A stretch of DNA of 64,000 nt, taken from Mobula hypostoma. Taxonomy: Eukaryota. Each line of letters starts with the position of its first letter. The stretch's first letter is position 1. Positions 24,510 through 37,669 of the stretch are shown here, piece by piece. The stretch is from assembly GCF_963921235.1 (NCBI RefSeq), contig NC_086108.1:109680001-109744000 (forward strand). Direction: 5' to 3'. A program made the position numbers and the translations under genes. The notes beneath the pieces are model-generated. The model made no database searches. It was not told where the DNA came from and saw nothing but the letters and a program-made list of their open reading frames with translations.

Positions 24510-25052
24510 TCCAAACATTTTAATTGCGATTCCCATTCCCATTTCAACACGTCAGTCCATGGCCTCCTCCATTGCCAAGATGAGGCCACGCTCGGGCTGG
24601 AGGAACAACGCTTTATAGTCCGTCTGGATAGCATTGAACCCAATGGAATGAATATCAATTTCTCCTTCAGGTAAAAAAAATTCCTGCCCTTCCCTTCTTC
24701 ATCTATTCCCCTCTCAAGCCTCTTCCCTATTCTCGTTTGCCTATTACATCCTCCTGGTGCCTCCCTCTTTCCTTTCTCCTATGGTCCACTCTCCTTTCTT
24801 ATCATATTCTTTCCTCTCCAGCCCTTTACCTTTCCTACCACTTGGCTTCACCAATCACCTTCTAGCCATCCTCCTCCCCCTCCCGCCATCATTTTCTTCT
24901 TGCATCTCCCCCCTTCCTTCTCAATCCTGAATAAGGGCCTCAGCCCAAAATGTCGACTGTTTATTCCTCTCCAGAGACGTTGCCTGACCTGCTGAGTTCC
25001 TCATGCATTTTGTGCATTGCTCTGGATCTCCAGCGTCTGCAGACTTTCTCAT
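24510..25052 (+). mobile_element. Penelope-like element 3' fragment
   Basis: Colinear with 47880-48450 (ccatggcctcctcc...gatgaggcc...ggaggaacaac, pyrimidine tract, degenerate hammerhead-like end). Confidence 0.8.
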
Positions 25053-25684
25053 GTTAACGCCAACATTTTGGACAATGTTGAATGAGGGGTTCCTGTCTAG
25101 TACAACGATCTCCCTCACCAAATGCATTTTCCCTCAGGCTCTGTTTTGTTTTTCCATTGATTGTGTTTTTTTTTAATACGCTGAGTTGCTGAGTCTGTTC
25201 TGCTCCTGGACTATTTATTTTTTCTTTTTCACAGTAATGAGCCACGTCCTTCTCTGGCTGTTGACGACGTGAGACACTGTGCAGAGGAAGCACTGGCTCA
25301 GGTCAAAACCCCTCCGAGGTCAGAGCCCGCTCGAGAAGGCAGCATCCATCACGAAGGATCCTGAGCACCTAGGACATGTCCTTTTCTCATTACTACCAGC
25401 AGGATCAAAATCAGGTTTAATATCACCGGCATATGTCATGAAATTTGTTGTTACATTACATAATTATACAAAAAAACTGTAAATTATAGTAAATATATCT
25501 ACATATGTATACTAAAACATTAAAATGAGTAAATAGTGCAAAAAGAGAATTTAAGAGTAGTGGGGTAGTGTTCATGGGTTCAATGTCCATTTAGAAGTTG
25601 GACGTCAGAGGGGAAGCTGCTGTTCCTGAATCATTGTGTGTGTGTCTTCAGGCTCCTGTACCTCCTCCCAGATGGTAGCAATGA

Positions 25685-26538
25685 GAAGAGGGCGTGTCCT
25701 GGGTGGGGAATGCCGTTAATGATGGATGCCGCCTTTCTGAGGCTTCGCTCCTTGAAGATGCCTTGGATACTACGGAGGCTAGTTGACTAAATTCACAACT
25801 TTCTGCAGATTTCTAGTGGCAGTACAGGAGCCTGAAGGCACACACTCAGCACTTTAGGAACAGCTTCTTCCCCTCTGCCATCAGATTTCTGAACAGCCAA
25901 TGAGCCCATGAACCTGCCCACACTACTTTGCTGACTTTGTGCACGTTTTTAAAATCTATTCTTACTGTCACTTTTACAGCACTGTACTGCCGCTGCAAAA
26001 CAACACATTCAACAAATTTCATGCCACTCCCTGCCACCTCCCGGGTCTCATCACGTATGAAGCACCAGTGGGGTCATACTGTTCACTTTTTAACTTGTAT
26101 AGTATGTGCACCTTATTATTTGTTAACCTGTTTGTGGTAGTATTACTTTGTGTGTTGTGTGTGTCAGTAACATGCACTGTGTTGTTCACCTTGGTCTGGA
26201 AGAATGTTGAGTGGTATATATGTATATGCTTGAATAACACAAAACCGCACTTGATCTTGAACTTGTACTGTATGTGAGCAAAAAAAAGACCTAATTTTGA
26301 TTCTGATTCTGTGCAGTGTACCACAACAGTCCTGACCTCTCCCTGTCACAAGGAGGACATGGAACATTAGAGCACAATACAGTCCCTTTGGCCCACAATG
26401 TTGTGCTGACCCTTTTAACCTACTCCACCCTTCCCACCTACATAGCCCGCCTTTTTTCTATCATCCTTGTGTCTATCTAAAAGTGTCTTAAATGTCCCTA
26501 TATGCCTCTGTGTTGGTGCGTGGCCAAGTGGTTAAGGC
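25685..26538. repeat. Left arm of a large inverted duplication
   Basis: Reverse complement of 27676-28534; five ORFs have identical mirror translations (coordinates sum to 54219). Confidence 0.95.
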
Positions 26539-27390
26539 TTGAAGGGCCTATTCTGCATTGTATCTCATTAAACAAATTAAAATAATTAAATTAGACTTTG
26601 AAGATTGGCTAGTTACAGTATAAACTCCCTTTACGGAAGCTGTTTGTGGCTATTTATATTTGATAAGGCTTGAAGTCTTTGCTGGAGTTTCGAACTCTGA
26701 GGGAAAACAAACCCAGTACCATCACACCAGAGGAAACCCATGCATTCCACATGGAGGACGTACAGGCCCCTTAAGATGACAGTGGAATTGAACTCTGACC
26801 TCCGACAACCCGAGCTGTAATAGTGCTGCGCTAACCGCGATGCTACCATAGGAATAAACATCAAATGCCCCTCAGCCCAAGTGTGCAAGATCCCATGAAT
26901 CCCACAACTCTTTATTCCATTTTTATTGAGAGATACTGTGTGGTCCCCTCTGACATCACCCTACCACCCCCCTCCCAGTACTTTCCTCTAATCACAAAGA
27001 GAGAAAAAGACAAAAGAGATGATTGTGCAGGATGGAAGGAGGTAATGAGCAAGCAGACACAAGTAATGCATCATTACTTTTTGCAGTTATTTTTAATGTT
27101 GTACTATTTCTGATTTGCCCGCAGCCATGTTCTGGAGATTAACACTTGCAGATTCCAGGAAGGACAACAGTCTGAGGACCACATGGACTTGGGACAATTA
27201 CTCAAGAGGCAAGGCAACAGGGTTGCACTGGTGGTGTTGAAAGAGCTGTTCCTGAACCCTGAGCCATCCAACCTTATGCATCGAGGGTGGGGGTGCTAGA
27301 GGTGAGTCTTTATGGGAGATGTCAGAGGCAGGTTTTTTTACACGAAGTGGTGGGTGCATGGAACACCCGCTGGGGGTGGTGGTACAGGCA

Positions 27391-27700
27391 TAATTTTTAT
27401 AAGCATCTGTTAGTCTCGTGAGACCATGGATTTGCACCTTGGAAAGTTTCCAGGGTGCAGGCCTGGGCAAGGTTCTATGGAAGACTGGCAGTTGCCCATG
27501 CTGCAAGTCTCCCCTCTCCACGACACCAATGTTGTCCAAGGGAAGGGCATTAGGACCCATACAGCCTGGCACCAGTGTCGTCACAGAGCAATGTGTGGTT
27601 AAGTGCCTTGCTAAAGGACACACACGCTGCCTCAGCCAAGGCTCGAACTAGCGACCTTCAGATCACTAGATGAATGCCTTAACCACTTGGCCACGCGCCA
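27391..27700 (-). mobile_element. tRNA-derived SINE (same family as 31986 and 45728)
   Basis: A box tggccaagtgg, B box agttcgagcc, body gtgtccttgagcaaggcacttaa, 3' end agactaacggatgc. Confidence 0.88.
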
Positions 27701-28534
27701 ACACAGAGACATCTACATTAGGGACATTTAAGACACTTTTAGATAGACACAAGGATGATAGAAAAAAGGCGGGCTATGTAGGTGGGAAGGGTGGAGTAGG
27801 TTAAAAGGGTCAGCACAACATTGTGGGCCAAAGGGACTGTATTGTGCTCTAATGTTCCATGTCCTCCTTGTGACAGGGAGAGGTCAGGACTGTTGTGGTA
27901 CACTGCACAGAATCAGAATCAAAATTAGGTCTTTTTTTTGCTCACATACAGTACAAGTTCAAGATCAAGTGCGGTTTTGTGTTATTCAAGCATATACATA
28001 TATACCACTCAACATTCTTCCAGACCAAGGTGAACAACACAGTGCATGTTACTGACACACACAACACACAAAGTAATACTACCACAAACAGGTTAACAAA
28101 TAATAAGGTGCACATACTATACAAGTTAAAAAGTGAACAGTATGACCCCACTGGTGCTTCATACGTGATGAGACCCGGGAGGTGGCAGGGAGTGGCATGA
28201 AATTTGTTGAATGTGTTGTTTTGCAGCGGCAGTACAGTGCTGTAAAAGTGACAGTAAGAATAGATTTTAAAAACGTGCACAAAGTCAGCAAAGTAGTGTG
28301 GGCAGGTTCATGGGCTCATTGGCTGTTCAGAAATCTGATGGCAGAGGGGAAGAAGCTGTTCCTAAAGTGCTGAGTGTGTGCCTTCAGGCTCCTGTACTGC
28401 CACTAGAAATCTGCAGAAAGTTGTGAATTTAGTCAACTAGCCTCCGTAGTATCCAAGGCATCTTCAAGGAGCGAAGCCTCAGAAAGGCGGCATCCATCAT
28501 TAACGGCATTCCCCACCCAGGACACGCCCTCTTC
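27676..28534. repeat. Right arm of the large inverted duplication
   Basis: Reverse complement of 25685-26538. Confidence 0.95.
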
Positions 28535-28840
28535 CATGTTCTTTGACCAGTCCAGTTTATTGTCAATTCGTATCCCCGGGTATCTGTAATCCTCCACCAT
28601 GTCCACACTGACCCCCTGGATGGAAACAGGGGTCACCAGTGCCTTAGCTCTCCTCAGGTCCACCACCAGCTCCTTAGTCTTTTTCACATTAAGCTGCAGA
28701 TAATTCTGCTCACACCATGTGACAAAGTTTCCTACCGTAGCCCTGTACTCAGCCTCATCTCCCTTGCTGATGCATCCAACTATGGCAGAGTCATCCGGAA
28801 ACTTCTGAAGATGACAAGACTCTGTGCAGTAGTTGAAGTA
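28535..28840 (-). mobile_element. Rex1/Babar RT internal fragment
   Basis: CHLQKFPDDSAIVGCI...LQLNVKKTKELVVDLRR...IDNKLDWSKN. Confidence 0.85.
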
Positions 28841-28872
28841 GTTGATAGATAGATATTGATAGGTAGATAGAT

Positions 28873-29230
28873 ACTTTTGCACAGTACGTTTTGTAATTTT
28901 TTGTTTTACACTGTACTGCTACCGTAAAAAAAACAAATTTCATGACATATGTGAGTGATGATAAATCTGATTCTGATCAGGGTCTCTATTGTGGACTGAG
29001 AGTGGGAAGGGGGCAGGGAGAGGGGAGTCATGGTTAGGAAAAGGGGAAGGGAGAGGGGAGGGAGTGGGAAGCACCAGAGAGATATTCTGTAATGATCAAT
29101 AAACCAATTGTTTGGGATCAAATGTTCTTGCTTGGTGACTCAGGACTGGGTACACCCGCACCCGCACCCACATCACCACCTCCCCCCCGCCACCCCGGCA
29201 CTCCTTCTCTGCCACTTGTCCCACACCCCA
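28873..29230. mobile_element. Partial copy of the composite mini-MITE element (left MITE end plus cargo)
   Basis: acttttgcacagtac, a Rex-like tail and G-rich cargo, colinear with 30515-30845. Confidence 0.75.
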
Positions 29231-31318
29231 GTAAATCTGAAAGGGAGTAATGTCACTCACAGTGTGAAAGCTTTAGTCTCTAAGCATGGGTTTAGACCAC
29301 AGTTAATATACTTAGCCATGCCCTATAATTTCACAGGATAATCTCTCAGCCTGTTAGCCTTCCCGCCAGAAAGTTGGGATGTTATGTTAACGTAGCGGCT
29401 ATTACAGCTCAGGATGTTGGAGTTCATTTTCGACGCAATCTGTCAGAGGTCTGTACGTTCTTCCCCGTAAGTTTCCTCCGGGTGCTCTGGTTTCCTCCCA
29501 CAGTCCAAAGATGTACCGGTTAGTAGGTTAATTGGTCATTTGTAAATTGTCCTGTGATTAGGCTTGGGTTAAATAGGGGGGTTGCCATGAGGGCCTATGC
29601 CATACTGTTTCTCGAAATAAAATTAATAAATAAAATCTCAACAGAAAACATCTCAGTGGAATGTGCTGAATTTCAGTCAGACTTTATGTGGAGGCCTGCC
29701 CTGCATCCAACTCACACTCAAACCCTCTCAGCTGGTCTCGATCTAAGACGTCAATTCTCTATTCCTCTCCGTAGATGTTGCCTGACCTTTTGAGCTCCTC
29801 CAGCGTTTTGTGTGTGTTGCTCTGGATTTCCAGCATCTGCAGAATCCCCGGTGTTTATGAATCAGTTGAAAGGTGTTTTTGCTGGCCGATGCTCCCAAGT
29901 GGAATTATCTCCGGCCAACTGAAACTCTTGGCTGTAATACAGTCTGCGGAGACATCCATAGCTCAGAATTAATTGCCACTGAGATAGCAATCTCTTGGCA
30001 AGAGGGGGCTCGAAAGATAGTGCACACTACAGCGCGAAGCCTGTCACATTGATGGAGTAGGATTCATCCCTGTGAGCTCCTCTGCATTTCTAGGCACCTC
30101 CACAGACCATCTAGAGGGATCTCCGAACCATGATCCAACCTTGTGGCCCCTGGGAGTGATTGATGGAGCTGTGAGTTTACTGAGTGAGAAACAGAATTCT
30201 GTTGGCCAGAATTGACATCTCTCTTTGATCACCGTCACCAGGTTCACTGCAAGTATATAAAAAAAAGAGAGAAGCAGCTTTTCAATCAAGGGCAGCCACT
30301 GCCTGTACAATCTGTCTTTGGTAGTTTCTACATCAATCACTCTAAACATGGACAGGCAGATTGGCCTCTCGGTCTGTTAAACAAACCTCCACCCATACCA
30401 CCCACTGCATTAAAAGTGTCAGCATTCTGGCAGTGGAATCTTTTTTCTTCTTTTTAAATTTACTATCAAAGTACATTACTGTGCAAAAGTCTAGACTCAT
30501 ATAGAGTGCCTAAGACTTTTGCACAGTACTGTAGTGATTTTCTGCATTGCACTCTACTGCTGCAAAAAAAAAATCAGACATGTGAGTGACGATAAACCTG
30601 ATTCTGATATGGGTCTCTATCGTGGACTGAGAGTGGGAAGGGGGGCAGGGAGAGGAGAGTCATGGTTGGGAAAAAGGGAAGGGAGAGGGGAGGGAGCAGA
30701 AAGCACCAGAGAGACATTCTGTAATGATCAATAAACCAATTGCTTAGAATCAAATGACGTTTGCCTGGGGTCTCAGGGCTGGGTGCGTCTGCATTCATGC
30801 CACTCCTACCCCTGGCACTCCTTCTCTGCCACCTGTCCCACACCCCTCCCGCAGTGGTCTACCCTCACCATTCCCAACGTCCTTTACTCCCCACAGATTT
30901 ACAAATTTTCTCTCCACTCCATGTTGACAACTACAGTGCTGTACAAAAGTCATAGGCACTCTAGCTACAGTGCCTATAAAAAGCATTCAGCCCCCTTGGA
31001 AGTTTTCATGTTTTATTGTTTTACAACATTGAATCACAGTGGATTTAATTTGGCAGTTTTTGACACTGATCAACAGAAAAAGACTCTTTCATGTCAAAGT
31101 GAAAACAAATCCCTCCAAAGTAATCTAAATTAATTATAAATATAAAACACAAAATAATTGATTGCATAAGTATTCACTCATTTACTATGACATACAAAAT
31201 CATCACTGGTGCAGCCAATTGGTTTGAGAAATAACATAATTAGTTAAATGGAGATCACCTGTGTGCAGTCAAGGGGTTTTGACTAATTGTAGTAAAAATA
31301 CATCAGTATCGGGAAAGT

Positions 31319-32704
31319 TTGTTTGTTTTATCGACTACACAAAAGCATTTGATGAAGTGAAGCACAATAAGTTATTTGAAATATTACAGGAAACTCTAGA
31401 TCTAGATTCGAAAGACCTCCGCCTAATCAGAAATCTGTACTGGGAACAAACTGCCGCTGTAAGAATAGATGGAGAAGTGAGTCAGTTTACGAAAATCAAG
31501 AGAGGCGTTAGACAAGGGTGTGTTTTCTCCCCTGATTTATTTAATAAATACAGTGAAACAATATTACAAATAATAAGATTAATTTTCAGATATGCAGATG
31601 ACACTGTGTTAATTGCAAGTACGGAGGAAGAACTACAAAACTTAATTGATATAATTGTTGAAGAAAGTACAAAAATGGGTCTATCTATCAATTACAAAAA
31701 GACAGAATGTATGGGGATATCCAAAAAGAAGGAGAATCCTATATTCAGGCTGAGAATAAACGGGGAAGACATAAAACAAGTACAGAACTTTTGCTGCCTA
31801 GGAAGCTGGGTGACATCAGATGGCAGGTGCGACTTGAACACAAAAGAAGAATAGGGATGCCAAAAGACACCTTTACGAGAATGAAGAGTATACTGACCAA
31901 TACTAAACTAGGTATGACAACCCACCTCAGAGTACTGAAATGTTACGTTTATCCAGTTATGTTATATGGATCAGTATGTTGGACACACATGGCCAAGTGG
32001 TTAAGGCATTAGACTAGTGACCTGAAGGTCGTGAGTTCGAGCCCCAGCCGAGGCAACGTGTTGTGTCCTTGAGCAAGGCACTTAATCACACATTGCTCTG
32101 CGACGACACTGGTGCCAAGCTGTATGGGTCCTAATGCCCTTCCCTTGGACAACATTAGTGTCGTGGAGAGGGGAGACTTGCACCATGGGCGACTGCAGGT
32201 CTTCCATACAACCTTGCCCAGGCCTGCGCCCTGGAGAGTGAAGACTTTCCAGGCGCAGATCCGTGGTCTTGCAAGACTAACGGATGCTTTTATTTATTTA
32301 TTTTATTTATGTTGGACAATATCTAGTAACATGAGGAAGCGAATTGAAGCAGCAGAGATGTGGTTTTTGAGGAGGATGCAAAGAATATCATGGATGAAAC
32401 GAATATCTAACGAGGATGTCATGAACAGAGCAAACACAAAAAGAGAAATGTGTGAGATCAGGAAAAGGCAACGTAACTTCATTGGACATGTGATTAGGAA
32501 AGAGGAGTTAGAATGCACGGTAATTATAGGAAAGATTGAAGGGGAGAAAGCAAGAGGAAGACAAAGACAAATGATGTTGGAGACAGCAGCCAGAGAACTG
32601 GAAATGAATACCAATGAATTGATCCACTTGACCTGAAACAGGAGTGTGTGGGCCATGGCAGTCAAAGCTCAAACTGGGCACGGCACCTGATGATGATAAT
32701 GATG
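31319..32704 (+). mobile_element. 5'-truncated RTE-clade LINE
   Basis: FVCFIDYTKAFD...GVRQGCVFSPDLFN...RYADDTVL...EAAEMWFLRRM; (gat)n tail; TSD atcgggaaagt (31308-31318) / atctggaaagt (32705-32715). Confidence 0.93.
31986..32307 (+). mobile_element. tRNA-derived SINE inserted in the RTE
   Basis: Exact 11-bp TSD TATGTTGGACA (31975-31985, 32308-32318); A and B boxes; (ttta)n tail. Confidence 0.93.
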
Positions 32705-32755
32705 ATCTGGAAAGTCTATCTGCTGGTTAGTCGGTATCCTGGCAAAAACTACACC

Positions 32756-33612
32756 ATGAAGACAAAAGAACACTCCAAACAACTCTGTGAAAAGGTTATT
32801 GAAAAGCACAAGTCAGGAGATGGACACAAAGAAATTTCCAAGTCGCTGAATATCCCTTGGGGTACAGTTAATTCAATCATCAAGAAATGGAAAGAATATG
32901 GCACAGCTGTAAATCTGCCTAGAGGCCGTCCTCAAAAACTGAGTGACTGTGGAAGAAGGGGACAAGTGAGGGGGGGCCACCAAGAGACCTATGACAACTC
33001 TGGAGGAGTTACAAGCTTCAGTGACTGAGATGGGAGGAGACTGCGGTTACAATAATTGTTTCCCGGGCACCTCACCAGTCACAGCTTTACGGGAGTGTGG
33101 CAAAGAGAAACCCATTGTTGAAAAAACTCATGCGGAATCTTGGCTAGAATTTGCCTGAAGGCGTGTTGGAAATTGAAGTCAGCTGGAAGAAGATTCTATG
33201 GTCTGATGAAACCAAAATTGAGCTTTTTGACCATCAGACTAAATGCTGTTTGGTGTAAGTCAACCACCGCACATCTTCAAAAACACACCATCCCTACTGT
33301 GAAGCATGGTGGTGGCTGCATCATGCTGTGGGGATGCTTCACTGCAGCAGGCCCTGGAGGGCTTATGAAGGTAGAGGGTAAAATAAATGCAGCAAAATAC
33401 AGGGAAAACCTGATGAGGTCTGCAAGAGTACTGCGACTTGGGAGAAAATTTGTGGCTGGACTTGGAAAGGACTGTTCACTCACAATTCCCGTGCAATCTC
33501 CCAATCTGAGCAGTTATGTAAAGAAGAATAAGGAAAAAGTGCAGTGTTTAGATGTGCAAAACTGACAGAGACCTACCTACACAGATCCAAAGGCACATCT
33601 ACTAACTACTGA
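32756..33612 (+). pseudogene. Tc1 transposase pseudogene
   Basis: MKTKEHSKQLCEKVIEKHKSG...[29 protein letters not shown]; frameshifted, and the QDN (second Asp) region appears deleted near 33450. Confidence 0.9.
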
Positions 33613-33730
33613 CTTGAAGGGGTGGGTAATGATGCAATCAATTATTGTGTTTAATAATTGTAATAAAATTAGACCAATTTGTAGAAATTTGTTTTCACTT
33701 TGACACGAAGGAGTCTTTCCTGTCGATCAG

Positions 33731-34985
33731 AATCAGGTTTACTATCACCGGCATGTGAGGTGAAATTTGTTAACTTAGTAGCAGCAGTTCAATGAAATAC
33801 ATAATCTAGCAGAGAAAAAAAATAATAAATAAAATAAAAATAATAATAATGAATAAACAAGTAAATCAATTACATATATTGAATAGATTTTTTTAAAAGT
33901 GAGGTAGTGTCGAAGATTCAATGTCCATTTAGGAATCGGATGGCAGAGGGGAAGAAGCTGTTCCTGAATCGCTGAGTGTGTTCCTTCAGGCTTCTGTACC
34001 TTCTTCCTGATGGTAACAGTGAGAAAAGGGCATGCCTTGGGTGCTGGAGGTCCTTAATAATGGACGCTGCCTTTCTGAGACACTGCTCCCTAAAGATGTC
34101 CTGTAGGATGGAGCTGACTAGATTTACAACCTTCTGCAGCTTCTTTCGGTCCTGTGCAGTAGCCTCTCCATACCAGACAGTGATGCAGCCTGTCAGAACG
34201 TTCTCTATGGTACAACTATAGAAGTTTTTGAGTGTATTTGTTGACATGCCAAATCTCTTCAAACTCTTAATAAAGTATAACTGCTGTCTTGCCTTCATTA
34301 TAACTATATCAATATGTTGGGACCAGGTTTGATCCTCAGAGATCTTGACACCCAGGAACTTGAAGCTGCTCCACTTCTATCCCTCAATGAGGATTGGTAT
34401 GTGTTCCTTCATCTTACCCTTCCTGAAGTCCACAATCAGCTCCTTCGTCTTACTGACGTTGAGTGCCAGTTTGTTGCTGTGGCACCACTCCACTAGTTGG
34501 CATATCTCACTCCTGTACACCCTCTCATCACCACCTGAGATTCTACCAACAATGGTTGTATCATCAGCAAATTTATAGATGGTACTTGAGCTATGCCTAG
34601 CCACACAGTCATGAGTATATAGAGAGAGTAGAGCAGTGGGCTAAGCACACACCCCTGAGGTGCACTAGTGTTGATCATCAGTGAGGAAGATATATTATCA
34701 CCAATTTGCACAGATTGTGGTCTTCTGGCTAGGAAGTCAAGGATCTAATTGCAGAGGGAGGTACAGAGGCCCAGGTTCTGCAACTTCTCAATCAGGATTG
34801 TGGGAATGATGGTATTAAATGCTGAGCTATAGTCGATGAACAGCATCCTGACATAGATGTTTGTGTTGTGTAGGTGGTCTAAAGCTGTGTGGAGAGCCAT
34901 TGAGATTGCACCTGCCATTGACCTATTGTAGCAATAGGCAACTTGCAGTGGATCCAGGTCCTTGCTGAGGCAGGAGTTCAGTCCT
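33731..34985 (-). mobile_element. Rex1/Babar LINE (RT and 3' end) inserted in the Tc1 right TIR
   Basis: APQGCVLSPLLYSLY, YKFADDTTIVG, LPSGRRYRSLK...RFRNSFFPSAIRFLN. Confidence 0.92.
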
Positions 34986-35684
34986 GTCTCAGGACTTCAA
35001 AAAAGCCAAACTAAATCCAGTGTATTCAACGTTGTAAAACAACAAGACATGAAAACTTCTAAGGAGAGGGGTGTGAATACTTTTTATTAGGCCTTATGTG
35101 TCTATTGTATATATGTATGTAGTCCTGTTTGTGGACTACAGGAGGAATGGAGACAGGCTAACCCCTATTGACATCAATGGATCTGGGATTGAGAGGGTGA
35201 ACAGCTTTAAGTTCCTCAGCATAAACATCACTGAGGATCAGACGTGGTCTGTACATACCGGCTGTGTGGTGAAAAAGGCACAACAGCGCCTCTTTCACCT
35301 CAGACGGTTGAAGAAGTTTGGTATGCCCCCCCCCCCCCACAAATCCTAAGAACTTTCTATAGTGGCACAATTCAGAGCATCCTGCCTGGCTGCATCACTG
35401 CCTAATATGGGAACTGTACTTCCCTCAAATGTAGGACTCTGCAGAGAGTGGTGCGGGCAGCCCAGCGCATCTGTAGATGTGAACCTCCCACTATTCAAGA
35501 CATTGATAAAGACAGGCGTGTAAAAAGGACCCAAAGGATCATTGGGGACCCAAGTCATGACAACCACAAACTGTTCCGGCTGCTACTGTCCAGGAACCAG
35601 TACTGCTCAATTCACACTGACACAATTGTATATCGATCTTATATTGACTGTCCTGTCGTATATACTATTTATTATAAATTACTA

Positions 35685-37669
35685 AAAGCTTTTTTAAGTA
35701 TATAAGGGTAAAGGAGAGTTGATGGTAGATATAGGACCAATAGAGAATGACGCTGGAGATATTGTAATGAGAGATGCAGAGATGGCAGAGGAACTGAATA
35801 CGTATTTTGCATCAATCTTCACAGTGGAAGTCATCTGCAGTACACCGGGCATTCAAGAGTGTCAGGGAAGTCAAGTGCACGCAGTGAAAATTACGACAGA
35901 AAAGATGCTCAGGAAGCTTAATGCTTTGAGGGTAGATAAATTTCCTGGACCTGATGGAATGCACCCTTGGGTTCTGAAGGAAGTAGCTGGAGAGATTGAG
36001 GAGGCATTAACAATGATCTTTCAAGAAAGATTCTGGCATTGTACTGGATGACTGTAAAATTGCAAATGTTACTCCACTATTTAAGAAGGGTGGGAGGCAG
36101 CAGAAAGGAAACTATAGACCTGTTAGTCCGACATCAGTGGTTGGGAAGATGTTGGAATCGATTGTTAGGGATGAGATTATGGAACACCTGGAGGCACATG
36201 ACAACATAGGCCAAAGCCAGCATGGTTTCCTGGAAGGAAAATCCTGCCTAACTGATTAACTGCATTTTTTGAGGAAATTATAAGCAGGGTAGACAAAGGA
36301 GGTGCAGTAGATGTGGTGTACTTAGATTTTCAGAAGGCCTTTGACAAGGTGTCGCACGTGAGGCTGCTTAGCAAGATAAGAGCCCATGGAATTACAGGAA
36401 AGTTACTAGCATGGATGGAGCATTGACTGATCGGCAGAAAACAGAGAGTGGGAATAAACAGATCCTGTTCTAGGTGGCTGCCAGTTAGCAGTGGAGTTCC
36501 ACAGGGGTCAGTGTTGGGACCGCTGCTTTTTACGATTTATGTCAATGATTTGGACTATGGGATTAATGGATTTGTGGCTAAATTTGCCAATGATACAAAG
36601 ATAGGTGGAGGAGCAGGTAGTGTTGAGGAAACAGAGCCTACAGAGAGACTTTGATAGTTTAGGGGAATGGGCAAAGAAGTGGCAAATGAAATACAATGTT
36701 GGAAAGTGTATGGTCACGCACTTTGGTGGAGGAAATAAATGAGTAGACTATTACTTAGATGGGGAGAAAATTCAAAATGCAGAGATGCAAAGGGACTTGG
36801 GAGTCCTCATGCAGGATACCCTAAAGGTTAACCTCCGGGTTGAGTCGGTGGTGAAGAAGGCAAATGCAATGTTGGCATTCATTTCTAGAGGCATAGAACA
36901 TAAGAGCAGGGATGTGATGTTGAGGCTCTATAAGGTACTCGTGAGACCACACTTGGAGTATTGTCTGCAGTTTTGGGCTCCTTGTTTTAGAAAGGATATA
37001 TTGATATTGGAGAGAGTTCAGAGAAGATTCACGAGAATGATTCCAGGAATGAAAGGGTTGCTATATGAGAAACGTCTGGCAGCTGTTGGGTTGTATTCCC
37101 TGGAGTTCAAGAGAATGAGGGGGGATCTCATAGAAACATTCCGAATGTTAAAAGGCCTGAACAGATTAGATAGGGCAAAGTTATTTCCCATGGTAGGGGA
37201 TTCTAGGACTAGAGCGCACAACTTCAGGATTGAAGGATGTCCATTTAGAACAGAGATGCAGAGAAATTACTTTATGACAATAGACAATAGGTGCAGGAGT
37301 AGGCCATTCGGCCCTTCGAGCCAGCACCACTATTCACTGTGAGCATGGTTGATCATCCACAATAAGTATCCAGTTCCTGCCTTATCCCCATAACCTTTGA
37401 TTCCGCTATCTTTAAGAGCTATTCCGCTATCTTTTAGTCAGAGGGTGGTAAATCTGTGAAACTTGTTGCCACGAGTGGCTGTGGAGGCCAAGTCATTGGG
37501 TGTATCTAAGGCAGAGATAGATAGGTTCTTGATTAGCCAGGGCATCAAAGGGTACGGGGAGAAGGCAGGGGAGTGGGGATGACTGGAAGAATTGGATCAG
37601 CCCATGATTGAATGGTGGAGCAGAGCTGATGGGCCAAATGGCCTACTTCTGCTCCTATATCTTATGGTC
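35685..37669 (+). mobile_element. CR1 LINE, ~2-kb 5'-truncated RT pseudogene
   Basis: PGPDGMHP, YLDFQKAFDKV, SGVPQGSVLGPLLF, KFANDTK, VRPHLEYCLQFWAP; flanked by ttacta (35679-35684, 37670-37675). Confidence 0.95.
37274..37431 (-). mobile_element. Short antisense CR1 3' end nested in the CR1
   Basis: gacaatagacaataggtgcaggagtaggccattcggccc is a reverse-complement CR1 tail; the host resumes at tttagtcagagggtgg. Confidence 0.8.

Larger units (their letters stand above)
30968..35095 (+). mobile_element. Tc1 transposon with long TIRs and a decayed transposase, interrupted by RTE, SINE and Rex insertions
   Basis: TA+cagtgcctataaaaag left TIR (~210 bp); right TIR split between 33615-33730 and 34997-35095. 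Confidence 0.9.

Noticed and set aside
25685..28534. Foldback or long-TIR DNA transposon
   Set aside because: No TSD; the arm ends fall inside pre-existing repeats and the spacer holds only SINE/CR1 debris. Kept as an inverted duplication.
31261..31854. Functional reverse transcriptase gene (also 36785-37342)
   Set aside because: 5'-truncated, frameshifted LINE relics interrupted by other insertions.
31986..32050. tRNA gene
   Set aside because: The A and B boxes are the head of a ~320-bp SINE with a tail and TSD; three copies are present.
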